Source: Oculina patagonica (lineage: Eukaryota). From it: a DNA stretch of 64,000 nucleotides. The position numbers and the translations under genes were made by a program. The stretch spans positions 8,680,001 through 8,744,000 of the forward strand of contig NC_135760.1 in NCBI RefSeq assembly GCF_052425735.1, written 5' to 3'. Shown piece after piece: positions 1 through 14,000 of this stretch; the first letter of the stretch is position 1, and every line of letters begins with the position of its first letter. The notes beneath the pieces were generated by a model. That model ran no database searches and was not told the origin of the DNA. It worked only from the letters and a program-made list of their open reading frames with translations.

Positions 1-579
1 AGTGAAGTTAAGAAATTGATTTTCCGAAACTAGGTACTAGTCTCGGGCAACTGTAAAACCCGCAAAGTGGTATGCGGTTATGTGTGGTAGTGGTACCAAT
101 CAATCTAAAGACTTCTGACATGAAGTTGAAAACAGGAAGCACTTAGGGGTAAAATTAATGTACATAGATAGCACAAATACTGTAACAAGTTTTTACGTTG
201 GTTCATTTTCTTAGAGTATCGCTTGGAGAACGTCTTCAACACGAGCAAAGGTCTGGAGTAATCAAATCAACAGGCTCAGCGTTAGGCGAAAAGGAGATTA
301 CTTTCCAACTGAAAAAGGTACGAAGAATGTTTATTTTTTATTATTTTTTTTCATTTTCACATTCCAGTGGCTCGCTGTCCCAATGGTTAGAGCGCTGGCA
401 CTGATAAAGTCTTTTTGCCTGGCCAGAGTCTTTTTGACAAAATGCAGGGGAGGGGCTAGGAGTGATAAATAACCTGTTGTGGACTGTACAGGACGCTTTG
501 AAATACTGTTTGTTGTCACTAGGTTTATGTAATAACTAAATACTCCTGACAGATTTCTGGGGAATCAAGTAATACATGT

Positions 580-707
580 ATATATCAAACACCGGAGACA
601 GTGTTTTATCAGACAAGAATAAAAACACGACACGCAGTGAAGTGTTTTTGACGAAATTTAAGGTGTTTAGAAATGTGATGAAACACTTTTTCGAGTGTTT
701 TATATAT
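580..707. repeat. Short palindromic repeat (MITE-like); paralogue at ~29555-29670
   Basis: atatatcaaacac..gtgttttatatat inverted ends. Confidence 0.45.
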
Positions 708-2013
708 CTCCTCAATCAAAACTAAACTAAGGAGTGAACGGAGAAATATAATCGTAAAGAGCTACTAAATTATATCTAAACACCGGTGCCGTCATGGTTG
801 TAATTTTCCTGTGTTCTGTAACTTGATGGATTACTAAATAAATGAGTTTCATAACGTGGGGAAAAAGATCTGAATTGACTCATGTGAAGTTGAGCCTTAT
901 TTGCTAAAAATCCTGATGCAAAATATAATGTCAATGGTTAAGTTACTGGTTTCTGTTTTCTCGGTAGAGTAACAAAGAGACACAAAGAAACGAGGAGATT
1001 CGTGCTCATGTCAACGAAAGAAAAAAGCTTCGTCGGTCAGCCAGTAGTGTTCTGGGAAAGGAAAAACGACGGGGACCAGTGTTTTGGAGAGGAAAAAGAG
1101 TTAGATGACAGAGGAGGAGATTGAAGAAATAGGATTATTGTCGAGAGGAGAGGAGATTCATGCGCATGAGAACAAACAAGTTATTAGACTTTGCGTGTAC
1201 ATGCGAGAATGAAGGACTGAAATTAAATGCGGGATAACGAAAACTAGGATCGAAACATGAAAGTGCGAAGAGTTTTCAATCACTTAAGAGAATGACAGAG
1301 GCAACACTGCCTCCACAGGCAGTGTACAAGTATGGCTTAGTGGCTTCGTAGCTCGCTTTAAAGCATTTGTATGGGATTGGATTAGTATATCTCTTCCCGG
1401 GCGTTCCGGTTCACTATTGCATTACTTGCACCACAGAGCTGCGAAGATCAATTTCAATTTTATTATCTGAGAAACTGTACTTAAAAAATCATTAAAAGAA
1501 TAAAACAAATAACTAGTAGCAGAACATTTTATTGCATGGTAAAAAACAACTACATTTACAATCATTAATAAATTTATAAAAAACCTCCAAAAGTAAAAAT
1601 TCGGATTACAGCAGTAGCCATCTGAGCAATCGCCTCATGAGTGTTATATTTTACTCAAAAAATTTCGATATTCGATTTTTTTCGGTTCTGTGCAATAATT
1701 AAGGCACAGTCTGGCACAGCAAAGAGAAAAATCTCCCTGATGTAATAAGTTGTTATGATGGCTTCTGTGCAACTATAACCTAACCCTCGCAGTATTAATT
1801 CTGTTTACAGTATTACGTAGCGTTATAACAGTCCCAGCACAGAACGAAAACGTTATTTATTATTTTGTCAAATACACTTTGTTTGATACAAGTATACATT
1901 TTATTGCCCCGAGAAATGATCTCGTGCTTTGTGTTACGACCAACTCATCAGCTTCATTGTTACAGTCTAGGGATCAAGTACTGTTTGTGAAGCTCATGAC
2001 TATTGCAAAACAC

Positions 2014-5000
2014 TTAGTTTGTACAATAACGAAGATTACAGCCTGGAGTGGGTTTCAGTTTGTAGACATAGAATGAGCCACAGTTGCGTACCGTTATGTA
2101 TGTGGAATAGGTACAAGGATAAGATAAATACGAATATGAACTCGATTTATAGCCAAAACACACTTTTCGAGTGACCCTCCCCTGTTCAACTGACGGATGC
2201 CCCCCAGTTAACCACCCAGTGTAATATGTGTTACAGTTGTTTTTATAACCACACACGGTACTCATTTGTTTTCCGTTTAGAAACTTGTACCAGCCCTCTT
2301 CGAGATTGTTGTCACATCTGTCAGAAGTACCTGGGCTATATGTCCTATATGACACTCGCCTTGTGTCATCAACTATCACTGTATGATCGACGCATTCCGG
2401 ATAAGTACCTAAAAAAGTCAGTTCAAAGATTAGAAAGAGAATTTTAACCATACAGGCAAGTGTTAGATGGAGAGAGCATAAATTTATCGGCAATTAACTG
2501 CAAATTGGGGCAGCTGCCGGTTAACTTGAAAGTTTGGCCATAACTGATCACGCAGTTATCTCTTCGTTTCATAGCAAGGTGAAAAACAATTTAACGAAGA
2601 CCAAACTGATAAGTTCGAAAGAAACCGTGCTTAGTAAGTCATAAAATCACGTCGTGGTTAAAGGAAGTAAAATATCATTTCTTTTAATTGTTTTATTACC
2701 CTAAGCCTTGGAGCCAAGCTAGCCACAACGGTTAGCTGTTGAACTTTCCAATTCTGTGCTATTTGTCTTTTGTCAGTTGAAATTGAACCATTTGCCACGT
2801 TCCAATTAATTCTTTAAGCAATGCATTTGTCAACTACCTGCAGCTTCTATATACTCGATTTGAATTCCATTTGAGTGAAAATCAAAAAAGAACCCTGACT
2901 CATTTTCACTGTATCAAATTCTTACATTGTACTGCATTTCCGCTCCAGTTACCGCTGGGTAAGCATCGTCTGACTGCGGGACCAAACATTGTATATCCCG
3001 GATGACAGAGATATCTGACGTATTCCCCTACCCAGTGGTTGCTGTCGATAAGCACCGCATTCTCTGGCCTACCTGGGTTGCCACAGTTAATTAAAGCTGC
3101 AGGAAAAACAACAGTAACAACAACTAAACTTTGAGTTACTACTCGATTAATAATATTGCTTAGTGCCGTCATTGGTGATGGGGATCTTATTTCGTTTTTG
3201 TCATTACTAAATGTGTAAGGCTAAAGAAGCATCTGGCGTAAAAATTACAGTCGAGACACATCTCTTTTGTTATACGAGAATGATGTAAACACCGGACTTG
3301 GAGAGGGTTATCTCCAAATTTATCCAAACGGTCCGGAACAAGCCCTCAAACGAAAACGGGTATCCAAAATTTTTAAGCCGTGCGAATGCGTAGTACCAAG
3401 CGAAAACGCTATTCTCCAGCCTCTTTCTGATTGGATACAACTGAACAATGGTCGTTAAAGATTTTGTTTCGTGGATAGGGAGGCAAAGGCAAAAGCAATA
3501 CTCAATAGTATAGGGAGTGATGTCAATGGTGCGTCACAACCTTAGGACCCTCGCGCAAATGACAATTACGACGGCGATGCCAAAAGCGACGCATTGTTAT
3601 TATTTTAATGTGCGTCGTTGTAACTTGTATGCGTCGAAGTAATTATGAAATATTCATACTGACTTAAAAAACAAACGGCGCATCGTTGGGGAATAGCGAT
3701 TCCCTTTGGCACCACAAATTGGTGCTACGCATTCGGACGGCTTAAAAATTTTGGATACCCATTTTCGTTCGAGGGCTTGTTCCGGACCGTTTGGATAAAT
3801 TTTCGATCAAATGATACGAGAAGATTCGTCAAGCCTTCCTCTTTTCTGGTGCGTAGTTTAAAAGCTGTGCGATGGGATTATCAGGCCGAAAATCGGCTCG
3901 GCGCTGGAAGTGTTCTACTTTGGAGCTGTTGGAGTTTCCACCCTTTCCATATAATTAGATGTATAGTAAACAGCAAAAGCAAAATACCCTTCAATCGACT
4001 CCAATTCGCCACTTCGAGCCGGAGCCAACAGAACGACACTACATAAAAGGTAGGAAACTTAACATTTTTTCAGAACAAATTTGTTAATGTTTTGCAGCAT
4101 TATACGCAATTCTACAAACCATTTAGTAAATTCCATACATTCTCTATAAAAATGTAAATGTGCACAGTCCATACACAAACAGTTTGTCTGGGCGCCCTGT
4201 GGGCCCACCTGGAAATATCACCAAAGTCCGATCACCACTAATCTTTCTTAAAGCTTACTTACAGCGCCAGTGTGCAAAAATGGCACTAAAGTTGTTGTGG
4301 TATTATTGGGCCATAAAACAGGCAGATGCGAACAGCAACACAACAGTTTTAATCAAGCGAGTAATAGAACATTACATGGTCGACCACGAGGTCGCAACAC
4401 CGTGCCGCAAAGACTACTGGGAAATATTGTTACATAACAGATTACACCACATCTCCCCTTAAGTTAGAAATAAGCTAAATCCTAAATAATCAAAGTTCGC
4501 TCTCAAGTCTGGAGACAATCAGTTCAAATCATTAACTCATGAATAACTGCAGTAAATGAACAAAGTTTACAAGATCAACGCTTAGGTTCACAGTCACAAG
4601 TCTCTAAAACGCTCCGGGGGTCTTATCTCACGACCACTTCGGGTGGTTCTTGAAGGGGCTACAGGGGTCGAGGCAGCTGTAGCTGGGACATTTGGGTCTG
4701 GGCACTTAGCAGTCTGAACATCAGGAGAAGACAAGCTAAGGGCTGTGCTGGTATCTGCATGAGGTGTTTCTGGAAGACGATTCAGGTGGCGCCTGTTTCT
4801 CCTTAGTTGTCCCTTGGGAGTTTCGACTATGTAAGAACGTGGGGGACCAGCTCTGTCCACCACAGTCCCTTCAACGTTTTTGCCCGGTAACCAGACACGC
4901 TCTCCAGGAAGGAGGTCAGGGAGGGTTTTTGCAGAATGACGCCTGTCAAAGTCTCTCTTCTGTCTTTCTTTCAGTGAAGCGTCTTTCTCTCTAAACTGCT

Positions 5001-8000
5001 CAAGGTATGGCCAAGAGGGCTTCAGGTTACTTGGTGAAGTAGGGACTCTAGTGCGGATCTTCCTTCCCATCAGCAGTTCTGCTGGACTTAAGCCGCTTTC
5101 AAGGGGTGTGGCACGGTAAGCCATGAGTGCTTTGTAAGGATCTGGGGATTTCTTGAGTAGATTCTTTACGGTCTGAACTGCGCGTTCGACCTCGCCATTC
5201 GCTTGCGGGTATCTGGGGCTAGTAAGAATGTGAGTAAATCCATAGTCCTCAGCAAATTTGGAGAATGAGGTTGATGAAAATTGCGGCCCATTGTCCGAGA
5301 TGAGTTGCTCAGGAATACCATGTCTTGCAAACATAGACTGAAGGTGCACAGTCACATCTGGTGAAGTAGTATGTGAAAGTTTCGCCACCTCGACGTAACG
5401 AGAAAAATAATCTATGACAAGCAGGTAGGGATGACCTTTTAGTTCAAATAGGTCAGCTGCCACTTTCTGCCAGGGTCGATCTGGTAATTCGGATGGGATC
5501 ACTGGTTCTGCTGGATTTATGCGTTCCTTGATGCAGGTAGGGCATTTCTTGACCACTTCGTCAAGTTGTTGGCTCAGGCCAGGCCACCATACAGATGCTT
5601 TGGCTCTCTCACGGCATTTCGTAATACCCTGGTGTGCCTCATGTAACCTTTCAAGGACATCTATTCTCATGGACAAGGGGACAACCAGTCGATTTCCCTT
5701 CATCAACAGGCCATGTTGTACTGTGAGGTCGCTCCTTTCAGGCCAGTACACTTTAAGTGGACCAGGAAGCTGGGATTTCTCTGGCCAACCTTCAGAACAA
5801 TAAGTGATGAGTTGTCTTGTAATCTCGTCCTGTTGTTGCTGGGACTTGAAGTCTTCCAGTCGGTCGTCAGTTGCTGGTAGGTACTTAACGATCGAGTCGA
5901 CATAAGCTCGTACCTCCGCCTCAAACTTCTCTTCGTCTCGGTCAAGCGGTCTAACTAAGGGTGCCCGGGAAAGGGTGTCTGCTGTGTAAAGGGCCTTCCC
6001 AGGTACATGCGAGATAGAGTAGTTGAATCTCATCATTCGCATACGGAATCGTTGCACCCTAGCTGGTAGATCCTCAAGGTTTCTGGTACTCAGCAGGGGT
6101 ACTAAAGGCTTGTGGTCGGTCTCAACATGGAATTCCAGGCCAATTAGGTAGTCTGCGAAGCGCTCACTGGCCCAGGTGATCCCCAAAGCTTCCTTTTCTA
6201 TCTGAGCGTAACGCTGCTCAGTGGGGCTCATGGCTCGCGAGGCGTATGCGACGGTGCGCCACTCGCCATCATCTTGCAGTTGCATTAACACCGCTCCAAG
6301 TCCATATGACGACGCATCAGACGAAAGTTTCGTTTGGCGACCTGCGTCATAGTGGGCTAGGGTTGGGGTGGAGGTGAGACTCTCTTTCAGGGCTGCAAAT
6401 GCTTGCTGTTGGGCATCACCCCATAACCAGTGACTTTTCGAACTCAGTAGGTCTCTCAGTGGCTTGGATAGCTCTGCAATTTGTGGCTGGAACTTGCTTA
6501 GTTGGTTTACCATGCCGAGGAATCTTCTTAATTCTGTCTGGTCTTGAGGTGTTTTCATCTTCAAAATGGCTTCAATTTTCTTGGGGCTAACATGCACTCC
6601 TTCAGCGTCGACGAGTGTCCCCAGAAATTCAACTGACGGTTTTGAGAATTCACATTTGTCTTCATTTAGAGTAAGGGGAGCCTCCTGTAACTTGTGAAGA
6701 GTTGCTTCCAAATGCTGATTGTGGTCTTTCACTGATTTGCCATACACGAGGATATCATCCATCTGACAAAGAGCACCATCAGTTCCTTCAAGAACTTGCG
6801 AGATTCGCTTCTGGAAGTGTTCAGGGGCTGAACTGATTCCAAATGGTAGGCGGTTAAAACAAAACCTGCCAAATGGCGTGATGAAAGTGGTGAGTTTAGC
6901 TGACTCTGGTGATAAGCCGATTTGCCAGAATCCTGAATTGGCATCAAGCTTACTGAAAATGGTTGCTCCAGCGAGTTGAGCTAAGGTGTGGTCGACACTG
7001 GGAAGGGGATGATACTCCCTCAGGATGCTTTCGTTAAGCTTGGTTAAATCCACGCATATTCGAACTTTGCCATTGGCTTTTGGGACCACTACCATCCCGG
7101 CGCACCATTCCGTTGGCTCATCCACTTTAGAAATAATTTGCATTTGCTCCATCCGGGAGAGTTCTTCTTTGACTTTCGAAAGAAGAGGAACAGGTACTCT
7201 CCTTGGGGTACTAATTGCGTGTGGTTTCGCGTCAGGTTTGAGCTTGATGAGGTAATCGGGACCATCAAGTTTTCCAAGACCTTTAAAGAGATTTGGGAAT
7301 TTTTCTTTAACTTCCTCTGCTTTCACTGCATTGACCTTTTGGACGATTTTTAGCGTCTCTATAGCTGGACGGCCAAGGAGAGCTATGCGTGCTCCAGTCA
7401 CCACAAATATTTCCTGCAATGAAGATTCTTCTCCTCTCTTGATCACTCCCATAAAGCAGCCAAGAACGGGAAGGGATGTATGGGCTGGGCAAAACAGGGT
7501 CTTGCTGGATTGAATGAGGGCCGGAGTTGGTTTCAGCTTTTTGTAGACGCTCTCGGGGATGACAGTGACGTCAGCTCCGGTGTCAATTTTAAAGCGGACA
7601 AGAGAGCTATTTAGAGTGAGGTCTACAGACCAAATGTCTTCGTTTCTCTCAGTCCCAATAGCTCCGAGAAAGGCATAATCTTCTTCGATTTCTCCGACAG
7701 TGTGCGTGGACTTGCAAACAGATGACCAGTGACCTTTTTTCGAGCACTTGTGACATGTCGCGGAGCTAGCCGGGCAGTATTGTCGCGCGTGACCCGGCGA
7801 TCTCCCACAGCGGTCGCAGCGGTTCAATGGTGGACGAGTCGGCGGTTTCTTGGGAGTTTCGCTCGGACTTCCAGACGAGTCGTCTTTTCTAAATTTCGGC
7901 GTCTTCTCCGCTTTCACCGCATCGACTTCATTCTTTGTTCCCGAAGATTCCTTGAAGTCATTTCGCATTAGGATTTGTTGCTTCTTGACGGCTTCGCTCT

Positions 8001-11000
8001 GTCGCGCGTGATCGATTGCTTTTTGCAGCGTTAATTCGGGGTCGAGCTGAAGTTTCTCCGACAATTTCGCGTCTAGAAGGCCTACCACAATTCTGTCTCG
8101 GATCATCTCGTCTGTCAGAGTACCAAAATTGCAGCGTTCGGCGAGCGTATGCAGTGCTGTGATGAATGTGTCAACTGTCTCGCCTTCTTCTTGGCGGCGT
8201 TGATTGAACTTTGCCCGCTCGGCGAACCACGAAATGCTCATCAAACTTCGTTTTAACGGTGTGGTACTGCTTCAATTGTGAAGCACTCAGCTTGAAGGAG
8301 TTTAGAATATCGTCAGCTTGATCTCCCATCGCGTAGATCAGCGTGTTTATTTGACTCTCTTCGTCTTCTTTCACCAGACCAGATGCTTGGCGAAAGCGTT
8401 CGAATCTTCTGCTCCATTTCGGCCACTCTTCTTGACGACTAAAGTCAAACTTTTCTGGTAACTGCACTCGAAAAGACGTCATGGTTCGTTGGAAACCGCT
8501 TCTGACACCATGTGGTATTATTGGGCCATAAAACAGGCAGATGCGAACAGCAACACAACAGTTTTAATCAAGCGAGTAATAGAACATTACATGGTCGACC
8601 ACGAGGTCGCAACACCGTGCCGCAAAGACTACTGGGAAATATTGTTACATAACAGATTACACCACAGTTATAATGGCAATAAAGGTATCGTTTGGATTCT
8701 CTCAGAGGGCGGGCCATTTTCTTAGTAACGTTCGATCGCCAAAAGCGAACGCGAAACAGAAACGCGAAAGAAGAACAAACTAAGGAGGTGAGTCTCGGTT
8801 GCCATGAATTGTTTTGCCTAAATGCCGCTGTTCATAAGGACTGCTGGTTTAATACTGGACGAGAGATTTTAAGATTTATCAAGGTGAATAAACAGACAGT
8901 CTAATATGTACTTGTAATGGCGACTTACATATTCTTGAACTTGCTTCCACTGTGTCGTTGTACACGTTACGAGCAACGCATTTGTAGGTGGCCTGGTCTG
9001 CGGGTTGAAATTCACCAATCACAAGCTCGCTGGTAAACTCGTCTTCGGTGACGTTATCGATGACGTGCATGCCGACGTTATTCTTATACCACGTGACTGT
9101 TGGTAGAGGTGATCCTTTAGCGGAGCAGCTGACTCGGAGCGATTCTCGAATACCGGATACATTGATTGAAGACGGCGGTGTTGTGGAGAACATAGGGAGC
9201 ACTAGGAAAAGCAGAAATACAACTGCTAGTGTTGAATACCAATTGAACTCTAACCATATAGAATAAGACCAAATTTTGAAAATGCTTGTCCCGTAGGCAT
9301 GAATAAAAATTACTAATTTGCACTTTCAACTAAGATTTGTACAGATATACTTTGGTCGTAAATCACACGGGATGTTAAAAAAACACCAAAAGACGAATTG
9401 CTTGCAAGCTTTATGAGCGTCTTACAACATCCCAAGTTGATCTGATAGCGCCAGTAAGGTAGTTAAGAACTGGAAGACGAGAACTGTGTCCCGGGGGGGG
9501 GGGGGGTACTCGAAAAAGTTTTGTACGGGGAGGCTCTGCCCGGAGATCCAACCCCTTACCCTTTTTATATACCATTTTGATAGAAAAGGTACCCCTTTTG
9601 TATACCTTTTATTGCAAAAAGGCACCCCTTTCATATACCTACACGACATCACATTTACCTAAAACGGGACGCTTTCTTGTTATTTTTATGTAGCGCTTAA
9701 TAAATTAAGACAATACAACCAAAAGTTGCGTCTGCTAGAAAGGCCTTTAGAAATATAATTATGGCAGATTTCACTACCCTTTCATATACCTAAATTTATG
9801 AAATCCCTTCCCTTTTATATACCTGGAGCCTGAAAAAGGTACCCCTTTCGGGCGGAGCCTCCCCGTATAGGCCATTATAGGGAGAACCCCCCCCCCCGGG
9901 AACTGTGTGTAAATCTCAAACCAAGCTAGCATAATATTATTATAAGAAAAAAAAACTAACTTTAGATAATTAGGGTTCAGACTTCTGACTGAATGTGACC
10001 GAGTTTCTGCGCCTTCCGCTTAAACGATTTGCTGTATATTGGCCACCTTATAAAAGTACCGAAACCATTGTCAGTAATATACTGTAAATAAACGCAACAG
10101 CAAATAAGGTTACGACTGATAAATACATTTAAACACAAGTCTTTCATATTAAGTTATTTACATTTTTCCATGATTCTGTTCCAATCGCTTTTGTATTCAA
10201 ATAAAGTGAAGTTTCTACCATATATCTGACGAATTCCTATTGTGCGGCTGTTGGCTATTTTCAGTCAACAGCCTCGAGCGTTACCGCTAAATGGAAATTC
10301 GACGATTATTCTAAAAATAAAAGGGAAGCGACAACCTCTAGTTCGAGAAACACCGAAAAATTCAGTTGCATCTGCCCAAGTACTGAGTAGCTGAATCATG
10401 ACTTACCAATAGGCTCGACTTTCAGGAACGTCCCATGAATGATCATTCCATGTTTGTTCGTCACAGTACAGATGTAAACTCCGCCATCGCCGTTTTCAGT
10501 GTTGTTAATATAAAGACTGTCTTTATTCAACGCACTGCGACTCTCGGGGAGTGGTGCGGCTGGCGTCCTGTTCCATTTGATCTCAGGGGTAGGGTAACCT
10601 ACCACATTACATTGCAGTTTTGTTACTTTTCCCAAAAAGCCGATTACTTGCCCTGGAGGTGAGGTGGCGAATCTTGGTGGTCCTATAGTCACGACAAGAA
10701 TGATTAATAATCTTTTGATTGAGGCTAGACCAGAGCTGAGACAAAAAAAGCATCGGGGGGATATGACAAGGGGTATGTCCTGACCAACCAACCAACCAAT
10801 CAATCCTTCAGTCAGTCAGTCAGTCAGTCAGTCAGTCAGTCAGTCAGTCAGTCCGTNNNNNNNNNNNNNNNNNNNNNNNNNNNNNNNNNNNNNNNNNNNN
10901 NNNNNNNNNNNNNNNNNNNNNNNNNNNNNNNNNNNNNNNNNNNNNNNNNNNNNNNNNNNNNNNNNNNNNNNNNNNNNNNNNNNNNNNNNNNNNNNNNNNN

Positions 11001-11044
11001 NNNNNAGCCAGCCAGCAAACCAACCAATCAATCGGTCAGTCAGT

Positions 11045-11075
<31 letters not shown>

Positions 11076-14000
11076 TCAGTCAGTCAGTCAGTCAGTCAGT
11101 CAGTCTAGTCTAACAGCCAGTCAAGCCGGCAGGCAGGCAGTCATCTCAAACTTACCAAAAACAATAACTTTCACATGTGCCACTCGAATACCAAACAAAT
11201 TCTCTGCATGACACGTGATCTTTCCTTGATCCTCGAAGCGGACTGCCATGATCTCAAAAGTTTCAGCGGTAGCCTTAAATCGGCTTTGGTTACCATGGTT
11301 TCTAGTTTTTAAAGACCACGTAATCTTTGGAACGGGATTTCCAAATGTAGAAAGGTTAAGTGACAGCTTGCTGCCCTCTCTGATGGAGATGGACTGTGGA
11401 ATCTTGGACGTGAAACGAGGAGGAGCTGGGGACGAGAGAAAGTATGTGTGATAAGTTCTGAGAAAGTGCACGACTGGTTTCACGGAGACATGTGTCTACA
11501 GTTTTACACGAACCAAAACCATATAATTGGTAAATAAACAAGGTTCAAAAGGGCTATAACTTAACAGTCACTGTTATACATACCCTTTTAAAAAAGAACA
11601 GCTTAAAAGCCCCATTACTTTTGGGGGAATAGAGTTGAGTTTGGACGTACTTACCAAATTTTGTCATCTCTCTCTGGGTATAAGCCTCTAATTGTTTGGT
11701 AAGCTTCTCGATGAATGTTATGTTCAAGCTAGAGCTCTTTCCTGGAGACCCACGAGGACCTCTTCTTCCAGGTGGCCCAGTTTTACCAGCGGGGCCTGGA
11801 CGGCCACGACGTCCGCGGGGTCCTTGTTCACCAGGTGGACCCTGAGGACCTAAATTTTAAAAGGGATCCAATTATTAATAACTGTGTTCAAGTTTTTGGT
11901 ACCATGTTCTTCACTGGTACATTCTTAAAAAAGATTAATAGAAAGGTTATTATGGAAGGCAGAAGGAAGTACTGCTAATTCTCCAATAACAAGGTGGGAG
12001 TCTTGTCATTTGCACCTCCCCACCCCCCGTGGGGGGGGGGGGGCACTCACAAGTATGAGCTATATAGGTATGTGCCGCTGTGAAGGGTATGGTTTTCAAG
12101 CAGTTTAGTGTGGAATAGGGTATAGAAATCAGAGAGTTTTGGTCTAGAATAGGGTATCATTTGCCGAATAACTGATTAGTAGTATGAGGAATTAAGTCCA
12201 AAATCATCACACCAACGTTGTTGACAGATGGTTTTCCATTAAAAACACAAATAGTGGCACAGTTCTGAAAACGGCAGGTCTGGGATAGGGTAGGAATTTC
12301 CGGTGTTTAGTCTAGAAAAGGGTTGCAAAATTAGCTGAACAGGGTCTAGTATAGGGTAAGGGTTTCAGAGTCCTAGCGGCACACCACCTGACCCCAAAAA
12401 TATAGAGTACCCCCTTCTTCCCGCCAACCCAGGACCAACGCTAGTATTTTTACGACTGAATTTTCAATTCAGGAGTATAGTGAGTAGCCCAACTTCACTC
12501 ACATGGTTGGTCGGTCGGTTGGTTGGTTGGTTGGTTGGTCCATCAGCTGTAAACATTTTGCTAAGAGAAGTAAGAGTGTAGCAAAGCGACCGTAATAAGG
12601 CTATTTTTAAGGTTTAACAAGGAAGACAAAAGGAAAGAAACAAAATGCGGCTGAAAATTACATGGAGAAGGTACTTGACCGCCGAAAAAGTGGACATTAA
12701 GAGCCGCAAAAGCGTTGCAACATGCGATATTTGCATACATTACAGCTGCTTGTAACGCACGCAAACGCTTGATAAATAAAACTGACACTCGCATTCCTCG
12801 CATAAGATAAATTCCTATTGCAAAGATAACGCCAGAATTTTCAACTACGATAAACAAGTTTATCTACCACATTAAGAGCCGCAAAAGCGATGCACCGATC
12901 GATCTCTTTCGTATACTTACCTGAATCAGTCTATATGTTCTGATATATTTATTTACAGCGTTATTACTGTACGGCTTACATGTAAATGCTTTTATTCTCC
13001 AATGTATCCCTATGGAGCGATATAATAAACAAACCATTTCACTGCTATGGGGTAAAAACAGAAAAAAAGGGGGGAAAAGCACAGACACCTGAGTTTTAAA
13101 CTCACGACCTCTCTCGCTCCATCCTGAAACCTACACGACTGAGCTAATCCGACAATCTCAGTCACGTGGAATGAAAAGATCTTATTTCAATGTAATAGAC
13201 ATTGTGGGGTCAGCCGCCGATTGTCTGCAATTGTCACGCAAGTTCCTCGTTTTTTGCTTTTTTAATTGCATCAAAGAAATGTTTGAACATTTGCTGCTCA
13301 TATATATTCAAGATATGAAAACCAAACGTAAAACTTGGTGAAAAAAAATTCAGTCGTGGCTCGAAGAGCTCTTTGATTTCGCTCAGGTTTCTCGATACCC
13401 ATTTATGCTTATCTGGTTGCAGAGAGGCATTGTGCGAGTAAGATGTTCTTCCCCAAGAACACAACACAAGTGTCCCTCTAACAAATACCAAATTCCCCCG
13501 ACTTCTGCGGGAATCCAATTCACTACCCCAGGTGTTAGGCCGCATTCGCGCCATTCTTGAAACCGACCCCGATTAGGTGAAAACCGGCGTTCAATTTCCT
13601 TATAAGGAAACAGCTGATCTATACTGACCTCTCATGCAGACAAGCTTGCCAGTTCCGTTCACTGTGTTCTTTACCTTTAGCAATAAAAAGAAGACATTAA
13701 ATAATTTCAGAGTAAATTTGCTACAAAATTGCTACAAAATTCTCAATCAGCTCTTCGCCGTTTGAACAGCCAAGAGAGACTTTTCAATAGACTTTTTACA
13801 AGTCGACCTTTGCTTAATCAATTATATTAATGCCCTCTCATGGGAACATAATTGATAAAGTCGGAAATATTCCGAATATTATTAGAAATGACTTTTAAAA
13901 AACTCAGTGACTCGCCTACCTGAAAATAGTTTAGCGCCTTCTGAAGGCAATCTTCGTTTATATTTTGCTTTGTTGCAGTTGTTTTAGACGTTTTCTGGCT

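Larger units (their letters stand above)
4296..8666 (-). mobile_element. Full-length Ty3/Gypsy LTR retrotransposon (Mag-like), 4371 bp
   Basis: Identical 156-bp LTRs (4296-4451, 8511-8666) with TG..CA ends. PBS TGGTGTCAGAAG (tRNA-Leu-like) directly inside the 5' LTR; PPT AAGGGGAGA at 4452-4460. Near-TSD GTTGT/GTTAT. Domain order gag-PR-RT-RH-IN. The homologous site in copy 2 (~20478) is empty. Confidence 0.96.

Noticed and set aside
2014-2408. Calling the heads FimH decoys like GP2/uromodulin
   Set aside because: As I recall, GP2 binds FimH through an N-glycan sequon just after the first D10C Cys. None of the copies has it (ECVDHT, ECFDHT, ECFHHE, ECVRHT) and there is no ZP module.
4764-7971. 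Short alternative-frame and antisense ORFs in pol, and plus-strand ORFs opposite array exons
   Set aside because: Shadow ORFs of coding DNA; their recurrence only reflects conservation of the real minus-strand exons.
8171-8244. Programmed ribosomal frameshift in the Gypsy element
   Set aside because: The shift is inside gag rather than at the gag-pol boundary, there is no slippery heptamer, and apparently conserved residues are missing.
13911-13920. A GC-AG intron joining exon 1 directly to the collagen exon as the main model
   Set aside because: The conserved 46-nt micro-exon resolves the phase with canonical GT-AG sites in all four copies.
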